Shown in pieces: positions 10,701 through 21,256 of a DNA stretch of 64,000 nt; the first letter of the stretch is position 1, and each line of letters begins with the position of its first letter. The stretch is taken from assembly GCA_031409655.1 (NCBI GenBank), contig JANNXQ010000170.1, positions 32,001 to 96,000 on the forward strand. Reading direction: 5' to 3'. The notes beneath the pieces were generated by a model. It ran no database searches, was not told the DNA's origin, and worked only from the letters and a program-made list of their open reading frames with translations. A program made the position numbers and the translations under genes. The stretch comes from Chthoniobacteraceae bacterium. Its GTDB lineage: Bacteria > Verrucomicrobiota > Verrucomicrobiia > Chthoniobacterales > Chthoniobacteraceae.

Positions 10701-12263
10701 TTAGGACGCTTCGGGAAGTGGGCAGGGAGAACCAGTTTCAGGAAGGAACGCCGGTTGGGTGCGCAGGACTTGTTGGCTGGCCCAAAGCGCGGTCAAGGCG
10801 AAGCCCGAGGTGAGGAGCAGACCCGCGGCGAGTCCGGCTTTGGACAAACGCATAATGCGGAAAGTCCAGAGATCGGGAAAGGCGACGATCGAATGGAGCA
10901 TCGGATCTTGATACCAACTCGGCGGCGCGGGAAGGGGGCGGCCCTGGAGGCCATCGACGAAGCCATGCCAGAGCGCGATCTGCTGACGCGGCGTGGAGGC
11001 CCACTGGTAGCGGATTTGTTCCGGCCAGGGACTGGAAGAGTTGGCCAGGGTGGCTTCGTGCCAATTGACCAATGCAGGAGGGAGACTGGTGAGGAAGGAC
11101 AAGGCCCCGAAGCAGAGGACGAGGCGGCGGTGACGTTGCCAGATCGGAGCGAGGATGAGTGTGAGGAGGAGGAAAAACATCGGCAGGACCGGCACGACGT
11201 AACGCGATCCCCAGCCGACGACGCCGTGCCAGTTCACGGAACACGAGACCGGCGTCAGATAGACGATCGAAGTCACTCCCCAAATCAGGCACAACTGCCC
11301 GTGACGGGCTGGCAGGCGCTTCCAGATGAAAGGGAGAAGGGCGAGCAGGAGAAACTGCGGGGAGTAAAAGAGGAGGCCCCAATTTGGTGAAAGCAGCATG
11401 CCGTAGAGGCCATCCGCGGGGCTTCCGGTGAGGGCGTTCATGCCTTGCAGATACTTGGCGTGGACGGTGCCCGGACGGAAAGGGCTGCCCATGCGCGCGT
11501 AGTTGTAGAGAAAGGTGGGTGCCATGAGCACCGCAAAGACCACCGAGGCGATGGCGAAGCCCTTCAGGGAAACATCCTTTCGGCGGAGAAAAAGGATGAT
11601 CACGAGGGCAGGTCCGAGGAAAGGCAGGAGCGAGTAGCGGAAGGAGCCCGCCACCGCGAGGGCCGCAAAAGCGAAGACCAAGTCGCGCGCGCGAACCCGC
11701 TCTGACAAAAAGATCCGGGTCGAAGCGTAGAGTAACATGCAGGCGCCGGCGGCGCCGCCGAGCACGTCGAAAGCACAGCGCGAGAAGGCCCAGAAAGGAG
11801 TGGTGGTCACGAAGGCGAGGCTGAGCAGAAAGGCTGTGCGCGAATTGTGGAAGAGGCCAAAGGTGAGGAAGAGAAAGTAAGCTCCGACTGCGGCGACGAT
11901 GGCGTAAGTGAGCGAGGCCCCCGCTTTCACGATGAAGGGGGGACGCTGCAGCCATTCTTCGACGGAGGTCTTGCGGATCATCGATCCGGCGAAGGTCGAA
12001 GGGAGCATCAGGAGCACGGCGCCGATGTCGTGGGATTCAAAGTAACGTCCGTCCGGTATTTGGACCCAGTTATAACCATCGCCGGGAGGCGCGGCTGCGC
12101 TCGCCAGGGAGTGAGTGCCAGCGAGGAGCATGGAGGCCCGGAGCTGATCGTTCGGGTCGCCGCCGGAGAGCCGTCCACTGGAGAAGAGCAGGAAAAAGCA
12201 GGCGTAAAAGAGCGCGACCATCGAGCGCTCAAACCGGGTGCGATTTGCGCCGGCGGGTTTCAT
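10701..12263 (-). CDS. Polytopic membrane protein, probable GT-C fold glycosyltransferase
   Basis: Many hydrophobic helices; acidic loop after TM1 (GGDPND...YFESHDIG); late WGSRY motif; ATGA-coupled to the upstream gene. Confidence 0.6.
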   Translation of the reverse strand: MKPAGANRTRFERSMVALFYACFFLLFSSGRLSGGDPNDQLRASMLLAGTHSLASAAAPPGDGYNWVQIPDGRYFESHDIGAVLLMLPSTFAGSMIRKTSVEEWLQRPPFIVKAGASLTYAIVAAVGAYFLFLTFGLFHNSRTAFLLSLAFVTTTPFWAFSRCAFDVLGGAAGACMLLYASTRIFLSERVRARDLVFAFAALAVAGSFRYSLLPFLGPALVIILFLRRKDVSLKGFAIASVVFAVLMAPTFLYNYARMGSPFRPGTVHAKYLQGMNALTGSPADGLYGMLLSPNWGLLFYSPQFLLLALLPFIWKRLPARHGQLCLIWGVTSIVYLTPVSCSVNWHGVVGWGSRYVVPVLPMFFLLLTLILAPIWQRHRRLVLCFGALSFLTSLPPALVNWHEATLANSSSPWPEQIRYQWASTPRQQIALWHGFVDGLQGRPLPAPPSWYQDPMLHSIVAFPDLWTFRIMRLSKAGLAAGLLLTSGFALTALWASQQVLRTQPAFLPETGSPCPLPEAS

Positions 12264-12919
12264 TTCTTCAGGACGAGGGTGAAGTGCGGATACCACCACA
12301 TGCGCCGATGAGATTCGCTGACCACGCGGAAGCCGGTGGCGTGGGCCATTTCACGGAGCCGAGGCGCGGGGAGTTCGCAGCCAATCTCGCCAGCGAGGAG
12401 GAGGTCGTGGAGCTTGTTGCAAAGCGCCAGGGGGCTGGCGCCGTCGATGTCTTTCAAGATGAGTTGCGCGCCGACTTTCATGCTGGCGTGGAGGGCAGAG
12501 AGGAACGGGGCTTGAACGAGGGGTGGGATGTGATGGAGCACGTCCACGAGGAAGATTTTGTCGGCGGTCTGGAGGGTCTCCGGGAAGGTCGAGCCATCAT
12601 AGGTCGCGAACTCATGCGGCACTTTCAGATCGGCATTTTTGAAAAGCTGATGGGCGTTCTTGACCAACTGCTCACTGATCTCGATGCCGCCGATCCAGGA
12701 CGGGCGCGTGTAGCGGGCGAGCAGGAGACAAAATTGACCCGAGCCGGAGCCGACATCGAAGACCCGGTCGCCTGCCTTGACCAAACCCAAGAGATCGCCG
12801 AACGGACAGATGTAAGGTCGATAAGTGATCTTTGCGCGACCGAGGAATCCGGCTTCGCTCGGGACGCTCTTGAGGAACTCAACGAGTCCGTTGGCAGTGA
12901 GGCTTTCCACGTTGAACAC
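12260..12919 (-). CDS. Class I SAM-dependent methyltransferase
   Basis: VFDVGSGSG, GIEIS, DVLHHI. Confidence 0.88.
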   Translation of the reverse strand: MFNVESLTANGLVEFLKSVPSEAGFLGRAKITYRPYICPFGDLLGLVKAGDRVFDVGSGSGQFCLLLARYTRPSWIGGIEISEQLVKNAHQLFKNADLKVPHEFATYDGSTFPETLQTADKIFLVDVLHHIPPLVQAPFLSALHASMKVGAQLILKDIDGASPLALCNKLHDLLLAGEIGCELPAPRLREMAHATGFRVVSESHRRMWWYPHFTLVLKK

Positions 12920-12922
12920 GCT

Positions 12923-14392
12923 TTAGATGGAGGCGGCGACGACGATCAAGGTGGCGACACCGACGATGAGGCTGACGCGATCGCTGGTGGCGAAGATCAC
13001 GGGATCATCGAGTAAAGTGCGGCGCCGGGCGAGGAACCACATGCGCGTGATCCAGTAGAGGAAGAGCGGACAAAGCGTCCAGAGGAACATGGGATGGCGG
13101 TAGATGCCGACGACCGCGGTGCTATTCAGGTAAAGGCAGAGCACCATGACGGCGAGGTAGCCGCTGGTGGGGCCGACGGTTTCGATGAGGCCGATGTCTT
13201 CGGTGAGATAACCGCGGCCGGTGGCCTGGCGGTGATTGCGATCCGAGACCATGAGTAACTCGGCGTAACGCTTGAGGTAAGCTAGGCTGAGGAAGAAGAA
13301 GAGTGCGAAGGCGAGGAGCCACGGTGAGATTTCGACATTCGTCGCAGCGCCGCCAGCGATGATGCGCAAGGTGTAAAGTCCCGCGAGAACGAACACATCC
13401 TGTAACAGGCGACGTTTGACAAAAAACGAGTAGGCAGAGGAGAGCAGGAAATACAGGCCGAGCAGGAGCGTGAAGCGGACGGGCAGCAAAAGGGCCGAGG
13501 CCGCGAAGGCCCCGCCGAGCAAGGCAATGGCCAGGACGATGCCGACAGGGATGGAGACATGGCCGGCGGCGAAAGGGCGGTGGCGTTTGCGGGGGTGTTG
13601 GCGATCGGCCTCGAGATCGAGGAGGTCATTGACGATATAGACGGACGAGGCGCAGGCGCTGAAGCAGGCGATGGCGAGGAGGGCCTGGAGGACCAGCGCG
13701 GCGTCGCCGAACTTGTGGGCGGCGAAGACGGGGACGAGGAGCAGGATGTTTTTCACCCACTGCTGCGGGCGGAGGGCTTTGAGCATCCCGCCCGCACCGC
13801 TGTTTTCCTTTTCAAAGACGCGGCGCGGTTGGCAGACGTGCTCGGCCTGGCGGATGAGCGCGGAATCCTGGGAGACGACGTAGGCATCTTCCGCTTTCGC
13901 CCAGACTGGCAGATCGACGCTCGAGTCGCCGACGTAGCCGAAGGGTTCGCCTGCGCAGGACTCGACGATGGCTTCGAGTTTCCGTTGGCCGGCGAGGTTG
14001 CGTTCTCCGTCGCTGGCCAGCGTTTCGTCGAAGATGCCGAGATGGTCGGCGACGCTCGCGGCGACGCGTTCGTCGGCAGCGGTCGCGAGGATGAGGCGCC
14101 GGCCGTCGCGCTTTTCGGAGCGGAGGAAGGCGAGCACTTCCTCCCGATACGGGAGGGTCGCGGGATCAGGCAGGCAGCGCGCGGCGAGCTGGCGTTTGAG
14201 ATTGGGCCGGCCACCGAGCAGCCAGACCGGGATGCGCCAGGCTTCGAGCGGATGTCTCGAGGTGAAGAGCATGGCGGTCTCCCAGAGGAGATCCGTGGCG
14301 ACGAGAGTGCCGTCCATGTCCACGAAGAGCGGGCCTTTGGCGCGCGGCTCGGTCGGTAAAGGGGCCACGACGGCCTGGTCTTCGCGGTTCAT
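12923..14392 (-). CDS. HAD-like + UbiA-family prenyltransferase (polyprenyl-phosphate phosphoribosyltransferase type)
   Basis: N-terminal FVDMDGTL and YVGDS; C-terminal ALRPQQWVKN, YIVNDLLDLEADRQHPRKRHRPFAAG, DDPVIFA. Confidence 0.88.
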   Translation of the reverse strand: MNREDQAVVAPLPTEPRAKGPLFVDMDGTLVATDLLWETAMLFTSRHPLEAWRIPVWLLGGRPNLKRQLAARCLPDPATLPYREEVLAFLRSEKRDGRRLILATAADERVAASVADHLGIFDETLASDGERNLAGQRKLEAIVESCAGEPFGYVGDSSVDLPVWAKAEDAYVVSQDSALIRQAEHVCQPRRVFEKENSGAGGMLKALRPQQWVKNILLLVPVFAAHKFGDAALVLQALLAIACFSACASSVYIVNDLLDLEADRQHPRKRHRPFAAGHVSIPVGIVLAIALLGGAFAASALLLPVRFTLLLGLYFLLSSAYSFFVKRRLLQDVFVLAGLYTLRIIAGGAATNVEISPWLLAFALFFFLSLAYLKRYAELLMVSDRNHRQATGRGYLTEDIGLIETVGPTSGYLAVMVLCLYLNSTAVVGIYRHPMFLWTLCPLFLYWITRMWFLARRRTLLDDPVIFATSDRVSLIVGVATLIVVAASI

Positions 14393-15582
14393 TGGAGGAC
14401 CGTTTGTTTCTCGCTGCGCGCGGCCTTTGGCTCGCTCGTGAGGCGGCTCACGCGGGCCCACGTTTCGTCCCAGGTGAACTTTTCCGCACGCGCGCGGGCG
14501 AGCCGACCGTAGTCGGCACGGAGCCCGGGATCGGCGAGGAGGCGGGCGAGATGGGCGGTGAGGCCGTCCACGTCGTCGCGTTCAAAGAGCAGGCCGGAGT
14601 CGCCGACGACTTCGGCGGTGCCGCCGGTGCGTGAGGCGACGAGCGCGAGTCCGGTCGCCATGCCTTCGACGGTCGTGAGGCCGAAGGGTTCGTCCCAGCG
14701 CGAAGGCACCACGTGGATCTGCGCTTTGCGCAGTTCACCGGGCAGGTCCGGGCGGGCGATCACTCCGGGGCGGCGGACGGTGATGCCGAGGGCGGCGAGT
14801 TGCGCGGAGAGATCGTCGAGCGCGCGTTGATAGTCGTCCGGTTCGGAGCCCCAGTAGAAGCGCGCACCGAGGATTTGCACGCTGAAGTCCTTGGTCGTCG
14901 CCGCGAGTTTGAGCGCAGCTTTTAGGATGAGATCGGGAGCTTTCGTTGCGTCGGTGCGGCCGACGAAATTGATCACGGGCGGACCCGGCGGCGGCTGTGC
15001 GGCGGGGGCGAAGCTCTCGATGTCCACGCCGTTGTAAATTGTCTCCACGCTTCCCGAGCGCATGCCGAAGTAGCCTTCCTGCCAGCGGCTCGTGAAGTCG
15101 CTCACACCAGCCGCGACGGACACGGCTTGCGGATAATCCTGGCGGCATTTTTCGCCGCAGGTGTTGGTGTTGTGGAAGAGGTGGACGATCCGGGCTTGCG
15201 GGAAACAGCGGCGCAGATGTACGGCCATTTCGGGATCATTGTGCAGGACGAAGGGCATCTCGGTGAGGCCGTTCTTGCGGATGGCGCTGATGACTCGCCG
15301 GGCGTAGGCGCCCTGGCGGACGTGACCCCAGTGGCCGAGTTTCCGCTGGATTTCAAAAAGCCGCCCGAGGCCAGTGCCGCGGATCTGCGGGATCCACGGA
15401 TAATCGAGCAGGATGGTGCGCTGCCACGGATGCGGTTCGGCATTCGTCGTCCGGGAAATGACCCACGGCTCGACGCCCTGCCTTTGGGCTGCCCGACAGA
15501 CCTCCCAATTCCAAGTGCTGATCGCCCCGCTGCGCGTCGGCGTGAAAGTCTCGCCGGTGCAATTGATGAAGACGACGCTCAT
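14389..15582 (-). CDS. GT4 family glycosyltransferase
   Basis: YNGVD, VPSRWDEPFGLTTVEGMATG; paralog of the next gene. Confidence 0.92.
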   Translation of the reverse strand: MSVVFINCTGETFTPTRSGAISTWNWEVCRAAQRQGVEPWVISRTTNAEPHPWQRTILLDYPWIPQIRGTGLGRLFEIQRKLGHWGHVRQGAYARRVISAIRKNGLTEMPFVLHNDPEMAVHLRRCFPQARIVHLFHNTNTCGEKCRQDYPQAVSVAAGVSDFTSRWQEGYFGMRSGSVETIYNGVDIESFAPAAQPPPGPPVINFVGRTDATKAPDLILKAALKLAATTKDFSVQILGARFYWGSEPDDYQRALDDLSAQLAALGITVRRPGVIARPDLPGELRKAQIHVVPSRWDEPFGLTTVEGMATGLALVASRTGGTAEVVGDSGLLFERDDVDGLTAHLARLLADPGLRADYGRLARARAEKFTWDETWARVSRLTSEPKAARSEKQTVLQ

Positions 15583-16760
15583 GCGGCGGGTTGGAGTTCC
15601 CGGTGCGGGATCGGCAGGGCGGCGGCGGCGTGAAATCCGCGCCAGGTTTCGTCCCAGGTGAATTGCTCGGCGCGGGCGCGGGCTTTCCGGGAATAGTCAG
15701 CGCGCAGGGTGGCGTCGGAGATCAGTCGCGCGAGAATTTCCGCGAGGCCTTCCACGGAGTCGCGTTCGAAAAGCAGGCCAGCAGTGCCGACCACTTCCGG
15801 GGCGCCGCCGGTTCGCGAAACGACGGTGGCGAGTCCGCAAGCCATGCCTTCGAGGATCGTCAGGGCGAAGGGCTCATCCCAGCGCGAAGGGACGACGTGG
15901 AGGTGCGCTTTGCGCAGCTCGGACGGAAGTGCGGTGCGCGAGATGTGGCCGGGGCAGCGCACCGGGATGCCGGCGTTCTGGAGTTGGTCCACGAGGGCCT
16001 GGAGCTGCTGCTGGTAGGCATCGAGCTCGAATTTGTGCCAGTGATTCGAGCCGAGGATTTGGACTCCGAATTTCAGTCCCTTCTGGGCAAGGAGCACGGC
16101 GGCCTTGAGGAGAAGATCCGGTGCTTTTTCGATGCCGGTGCGGCCGAGGAAGTTGATCACCGGCACGCCATCGGTCGCGCTTTCAGCGGGTGCGAAATGC
16201 GCGCTGTCCACGCCGTTAAAGATGGTGCGCACGCTCTCCGGCGGGAGGCCGTAGCACTGCTCGATCCAGCGCCCGGTGAAGTCGCTCACGGCAGTGACGA
16301 CATTCGCTGCTGCGGGAAAGCTGCGGCGGAAGTTTGGCGCGGAGTCGATCTGATTATGGAAGTGATGGACGATGAAGGCGCGCGGAAATTTTCGGCGCAG
16401 GAGCACCGCCATCTCGGGGTCGTTGTGGAGGATGAAGGGTTGCGTTTCGAGACCGCCATCATGGATGGCGGCGGCGACTTTTTCCGCATATGCCTGCTGC
16501 CCGAGATGCCGCCAGCCGGTGAGCTTGCGCTGGAGGCGGAGGAGCTTGAAGGCGGCGCCTTTCTCCGGGACTTTCGGGTAGTCGAGCAGGATGAGTTTCA
16601 CTCCGGGAAATGGCGCGGCTGCGCAGCGGATCGAGATCACGGTGGGCTCGGCGCCGTGGCGCTGGGCGGCGTGGTAGGTTTCGCAGACGTGTGTGGCGAT
16701 GGCCCCGCTCCGCGTCGGCGTGAAGGTTTCGAGCGACTGATTGATGAAGACCACGCTCAT
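15579..16760 (-). CDS. GT4 family glycosyltransferase
   Basis: FNGVD, VPSRWDEPFALTILEGMACG; start at MSVVFINQ, ATGA overlap. Confidence 0.92.
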   Translation of the reverse strand: MSVVFINQSLETFTPTRSGAIATHVCETYHAAQRHGAEPTVISIRCAAAPFPGVKLILLDYPKVPEKGAAFKLLRLQRKLTGWRHLGQQAYAEKVAAAIHDGGLETQPFILHNDPEMAVLLRRKFPRAFIVHHFHNQIDSAPNFRRSFPAAANVVTAVSDFTGRWIEQCYGLPPESVRTIFNGVDSAHFAPAESATDGVPVINFLGRTGIEKAPDLLLKAAVLLAQKGLKFGVQILGSNHWHKFELDAYQQQLQALVDQLQNAGIPVRCPGHISRTALPSELRKAHLHVVPSRWDEPFALTILEGMACGLATVVSRTGGAPEVVGTAGLLFERDSVEGLAEILARLISDATLRADYSRKARARAEQFTWDETWRGFHAAAALPIPHRELQPAA

Positions 16761-17755
16761 GGGGTGGGCTCCGCGGTTTTCACCGTGGCGGATCGGTAGG
16801 GGCCGTAACGTCCGGAGAGATGATCGAAGACGGCGTGAAAAACTGAACGGAAACATTCAAGCCGGATGCCGGGCTCGGAGCGGGCGCGCAGGGAGCGCCA
16901 GAGATAAGTGGCGATGAGCTGCGGGCCAGAGCGGAAGTAAGCGAGACCGCTATGCTTGCGCAGCAGGAGCAGGGTATTGCGGACGGTGTAGTAGAAGTGG
17001 ATGCCCGACATCCGCAGGCCAGAGCGGCCACCTTTGTGGTAGATGCGTGCGGCGGGGACGGCCATGACGCGGAGTCCGGATTTGCGCACGCGCACGCAGA
17101 GGTCCACGTCTTCGGAGCTCAAGTAGTAGCGGTCGTCGAAGCCCCCGAGTTCCTGCATGAGCTTGGTGCCGATGAGCATCGCGCAACCGGTCGCCCAAGG
17201 GAGTTCGTAGGGGATTTCGGTCGGCTCGGGCACATGGGAATTGTCGTGCCAGGCGGCACCGCGCTTGATGTCCATCTTCGAACCGGCGAACCAGATCGGC
17301 CGCGGCGGGTAGTATTCGAAAATGATCGGCGCGAGCAGTCCGGCGGTGGGCTGCGACTCGGCGGCGGCGACCAGGGCTTCGAGGGCGTCGGGTTCCACGG
17401 TGGTGTCGTTGTTCAGCAGGTAAACGTAGTCCGCACCGAGCTTGATGGCGTGCTGGATGCCGACGTTGTTCCCGCCGGTGAAGCCAAGATTCTTTCCGGT
17501 CTTGAGGACGATCGTGTTGGGAAAGGCGCGCGCGATTTCGTCGCTCGAGCCATCGGTGGAGCCATTGTCCACGACGATGATTTTGCGGTTTGGGTAACTG
17601 TCGTGGCTCAGCGAATCGAGGCACTCGAGGGTGTCTGCTTTGCCGTTCCAGACGACGATGACGATCGCGACCGAGGGGGGCACGGGTTTCGTATCCGGCC
17701 CGACCGCGGAGTAACTCGTGGGCGAAGCGATCGACTTAGCGGTGATCTTGCTCAT
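16757..17755 (-). CDS. GT2 family glycosyltransferase (rhamnosyltransferase-like)
   Basis: IVVDNGSTDGS, NLGFTGGNNVG, LLNNDT, TGCAMLI, GFDDRYYLSSEDVD. Confidence 0.92.
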   Translation of the reverse strand: MSKITAKSIASPTSYSAVGPDTKPVPPSVAIVIVVWNGKADTLECLDSLSHDSYPNRKIIVVDNGSTDGSSDEIARAFPNTIVLKTGKNLGFTGGNNVGIQHAIKLGADYVYLLNNDTTVEPDALEALVAAAESQPTAGLLAPIIFEYYPPRPIWFAGSKMDIKRGAAWHDNSHVPEPTEIPYELPWATGCAMLIGTKLMQELGGFDDRYYLSSEDVDLCVRVRKSGLRVMAVPAARIYHKGGRSGLRMSGIHFYYTVRNTLLLLRKHSGLAYFRSGPQLIATYLWRSLRARSEPGIRLECFRSVFHAVFDHLSGRYGPYRSATVKTAEPTP

Positions 17756-17804
17756 TACTCAAACACCGCGGCCGTGGAGGCGCGGGCGGGGAAAGGCGGC
17801 GCGT

Positions 17805-18602
17805 CTAAAAGAACGCCAGGAAGCTCGAGAGCATCCGGCCTAGCCGACGCTTAATTTTCCCGAACGTCGTGATCGCCCGGTTACTTTCGAGGCTTTTGGC
17901 CACGAGGAGCAGGCCTTCCGTTGATTTGCGGCTCTCGCTCACCACGATGGAGTCCAGGTTGGCAAATTTCCCGACGTTCGGGATGCGGTTCAAGGTCGCG
18001 CGGATGTCTTTCAAAAGGCTGCCGTTGGTCGCATTCATCGGCAGTTCTGTGGCGATAAAGCCGAGGTTGAGCGCGTGCTTTTCGCCGGGGTAGGCGTAGT
18101 TGAAAATGATCGATTGGAAGCCACACTCGGCGAGCAGTTCGCGCAGGTAACTGGCGTCGAAGAGGGATTTGTGAAGTTGCGGAATCCATCCCTTGGGCGC
18201 TTTGCCGTTCGTGGCCCGCCAGACCGGCCACACTGGCTGGGTCGCATGCTCGGGTTCGCCATGCGTGTAGCGGTACACGTTGTGGAGATCGAAGCGTTCG
18301 CCCATGACGCCGGAAGCCCCATTCAAGTAAAGACGCGCGATCGCCTCGAAGTCCGGGATGGCGAGCATGATCAGCAATCCATCGCGGGCGATCACCCGTT
18401 TCCACTCGCGCAGGGCGGCGAGTTGGTGGCCGAGGAAGAAGTGTTCGAAAACAGCGTGGCCGAAGAGGATCTCCACCTCGCCGGTCTTGATCGTGTCCAG
18501 CTCGCAGGCATCGGCGACGATATCGACTCCCGGGACATCGCGGATGTCCACATTCTTGAAGCCCTCGATCAGCACACCGCCTGCGCCTACTTGGATGTTC
18601 AT
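17805..18602 (-). CDS. SAM-dependent methyltransferase-like protein
   Basis: IQVGAGG...GFKNVD...DIVADA, HAVFEH, EWKRVI...[10 protein letters not shown]. Confidence 0.75.
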   Translation of the reverse strand: MNIQVGAGGVLIEGFKNVDIRDVPGVDIVADACELDTIKTGEVEILFGHAVFEHFFLGHQLAALREWKRVIARDGLLIMLAIPDFEAIARLYLNGASGVMGERFDLHNVYRYTHGEPEHATQPVWPVWRATNGKAPKGWIPQLHKSLFDASYLRELLAECGFQSIIFNYAYPGEKHALNLGFIATELPMNATNGSLLKDIRATLNRIPNVGKFANLDSIVVSESRKSTEGLLLVAKSLESNRAITTFGKIKRRLGRMLSSFLAFF

Positions 18603-19222
18603 TGGAATTTCTTCGCGTAACCTAGTTTGTAGCGGAGGTCGTGCGAACGCTCGCGGATCACTTTCGCCGGGACTCCTCCGACGAGCATGTAGGGAGCCAC
18701 GTCCTTTGTCACTACCGCACCTGAGGCCACTACGGCACCCGTGCCGATGCGCACTCCGGGCATAATCGTCACGCGCGTACCGATATACGCATAATCCTCG
18801 ATGGTCACGGGTCCGCCGGTTTCGGCAAAGAAGGGATCGTCGATGTCATGTTCGCGGGTGTAAATGCGGACTTCGGCGGCGATATTGACGCAGGCGCCGA
18901 TGGTGATGGTGTCGCGGGCATCGTAGAAGCCGTCGTTGCCGAGGGTGCAGTGTTCGCCGATCGAGAGGCCTTCGGGTTTGAAAAAGCGGGCGTGCCAGTG
19001 GAGGGAGCTGGTCGGCGCGAGGCGCAGGCCGGCGCGGCGGTAGAAGAAATTGCGAATCCGGTGCGAGGGTACGTAGCCGAGCATGGTCAGCCAGTAGAGC
19101 CGGAGATCCTGGTAGATGTTGTTATAATACCACCGGCGCGCCTTGCGCAGCGGGGTGATCTTTTTCCCGAAGCGGACCCAGGCGGACTCGGGCGGCGGTT
19201 CGGACACGGCTTCAGGATTCAC
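18599..19222 (-). CDS. Hexapeptide-repeat O-acetyltransferase
   Basis: [38 protein letters not shown]...[11 protein letters not shown]; start uncertain. Confidence 0.9.
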   Translation of the reverse strand: MNPEAVSEPPPESAWVRFGKKITPLRKARRWYYNNIYQDLRLYWLTMLGYVPSHRIRNFFYRRAGLRLAPTSSLHWHARFFKPEGLSIGEHCTLGNDGFYDARDTITIGACVNIAAEVRIYTREHDIDDPFFAETGGPVTIEDYAYIGTRVTIMPGVRIGTGAVVASGAVVTKDVAPYMLVGGVPAKVIRERSHDLRYKLGYAKKFQ

Positions 19223-20066
19223 GGAGAGCGAGGGTCGCGGGCCGCAAGGCAGGCCAGAGGCCGCGGGCAAAGGGATGGAAGTCGCGGAGCCAGCGCCAGA
19301 CGAGCGGGGCGCTTTTCCAGGTCACATGATAGAAGCGCCACGAACGCCAGCCTTCATAGTGGCCCCAGGAGGCGATCTTCGAGCGGATCTCGGCGGGCGT
19401 GCGGACCCAGGAGAAATGCACGATGGCTTCGTCCTCGGCGCAGAATTCGAGGCGCTGTTCCCCGGGCTCGTTTGGCCGGCTGACTTGCAGGCTCTTTTTG
19501 TCGCCGCAGACGACGGCGCGGAGGAAAGGGCCGCCCGTCCGTCGCGCGCTGTCGAGCTTGGTGCCGGGCCGGATGGCGATCGGACCGGGATATTCGTAGT
19601 GGCCGCCGGTTTCGCGCTGGCAGACTTCGAGGAAGCGGCCATCGGGCAGGCGCTGAAAAAAGACGCGCATCGGCCACTCGACGGCGGGGATGCCTTCGCG
19701 GCCGGCGTGTTCGAGCAGTTCGATGAGGCGCGCGGGTTTCGGGAGAAGCTCGTCGGTGTCGAGTTGCAGGACCCAATCCGCGTCCTGGCCGGCCTCGGCG
19801 ATGGCGCACTGGCGCTGGTGGGTCTCGCCTTTGAGCGGCTGATTGTCGTGCCGGACGTAATCGCCGGGGCAGAGGCGCATCTTTTTGTCGCGGTCGATCG
19901 CCGCGAGCCGGCGCAGACATTCCTCCACATTGATCGGCGCGCCGGTCCAGCCGCGGTGATTCTGGTCGTATGACACGATGATCTCTTCGACGGCATCGTA
20001 GTAGGAAAGGACGCCTTCTTCGATCCAGGCGGGGTCGGCGGCGAGGACGTAGGCTTTCAGTCTCAT
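19212..20066 (-). CDS. Putative GT-A fold glycosyltransferase
   Basis: MRLKAYVL start (ATGA-coupled), WVLQLDTDE DxD motif, late IVHFSW. Confidence 0.6.
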   Translation of the reverse strand: MRLKAYVLAADPAWIEEGVLSYYDAVEEIIVSYDQNHRGWTGAPINVEECLRRLAAIDRDKKMRLCPGDYVRHDNQPLKGETHQRQCAIAEAGQDADWVLQLDTDELLPKPARLIELLEHAGREGIPAVEWPMRVFFQRLPDGRFLEVCQRETGGHYEYPGPIAIRPGTKLDSARRTGGPFLRAVVCGDKKSLQVSRPNEPGEQRLEFCAEDEAIVHFSWVRTPAEIRSKIASWGHYEGWRSWRFYHVTWKSAPLVWRWLRDFHPFARGLWPALRPATLALRES

Positions 20067-21223
20067 GGCAGGCTGGGCGCGGCGGCGGGAAGGTTGCGGA
20101 CGCGGCGCGTGAGGAAGGGCTTCTCGCAGAGGTGATGGAAGCCGAGCGCCGCGAGCAGCGAGAGCGGGACACCGAGGCCGACCAGCACGAAAAGCGTCGG
20201 CAGCGACGGCCACTGGAGACTGCGCGTGACGACGTGGAGCGAGGCGAGCACCGGTGCGTGGATGAGATACAGACTGTAAGAGATCGCGCCGAGCCACATG
20301 GTCGCTGGCGCTTCGAGGAAGCTGAGCACAGGACTGGCGGCCTTTTCCTCCCGCCGCGTGCAATGGGCTCCATAGATGAGCAGGGCCATCGTGGCGAAGC
20401 CAACGGTGAAATCCATGGCGATCCGATAAAGCACGAAGACCTCGTGGCGGAACTGCATCGCGAGCAGCAGCGGAATCCAGGCGACCGCGGCGATCGCGCC
20501 CCAAGGAATCCGCCGCGGCTCGTGCGTGGTGCCGATCACCGCACCCGCTGCGCCAATCGCGAAAAGGCCGAGGAAGTGGGGATAGGCGACGTCATATTTT
20601 CCGTGAAAGAGAAAGTGCGGCAGCAGACCGACGAGGCACGCGGCCGCCACGGCAACAGCGATGCCGAGGCGCCGCCAGAGCGGGAGGATGAGCAGCGGGA
20701 GGAAGAAGTAGATCTGCCATTCCGTGGCCACGCTCCAGAGCGGGTAGTTGATCTTCGACGACCAATCCGGGCTGACATTGTGGAAGACAAAAAGATGCGA
20801 AAGCAGCACATCCGGCGTGAAAGCCGGGAGCGCGGAGTCCCAGTAAACGTCGGCCTTTTTCCCCAGCGCGGGAACCAGGGCGATGAGGGCGAGGGACAGG
20901 AGCACGACGGCGAAGTAAGGCGGCAGGATGCGCCGGGCGCGGCGCGCGACGTAGCGGGCGATGCCGCCTTCGAGCTGACGCTGGGGATGGGTGGCGACCG
21001 GGAGCATCAGGCAAAAGCCGGAGAGGACGATGAAGATGTCCACGCCCACGTTTCCGTGGAGGAGCCAGCGGAGGAGTTTTTCGAGCAAAGGCGGGAGGGT
21101 GTGCCGCCAGCCGAGAGTCGAGCAATCCGAGGTGCAGTAGGCGTGATAGAAGACGACATACAAGGCGGCGAGTCCGCGGACGCCATCGAGGAAGGGCAGG
21201 CGGAGTGCAGGGCGTGGAGTCAT
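20063..21223 (-). CDS. Acyltransferase-3 (OafA-like) membrane O-acyltransferase
   Basis: LDGVRGLA...VVFYH, GVDIFIVLSGF, RRARRILPPY, WSVATEWQIY, GAISYSLYLIH. Confidence 0.93.
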   Translation of the reverse strand: MTPRPALRLPFLDGVRGLAALYVVFYHAYCTSDCSTLGWRHTLPPLLEKLLRWLLHGNVGVDIFIVLSGFCLMLPVATHPQRQLEGGIARYVARRARRILPPYFAVVLLSLALIALVPALGKKADVYWDSALPAFTPDVLLSHLFVFHNVSPDWSSKINYPLWSVATEWQIYFFLPLLILPLWRRLGIAVAVAAACLVGLLPHFLFHGKYDVAYPHFLGLFAIGAAGAVIGTTHEPRRIPWGAIAAVAWIPLLLAMQFRHEVFVLYRIAMDFTVGFATMALLIYGAHCTRREEKAASPVLSFLEAPATMWLGAISYSLYLIHAPVLASLHVVTRSLQWPSLPTLFVLVGLGVPLSLLAALGFHHLCEKPFLTRRVRNLPAAAPSLP

Positions 21224-21256
21224 CGCGGCCGCGCAGGCCAGGCGGGTGGATTGGTA

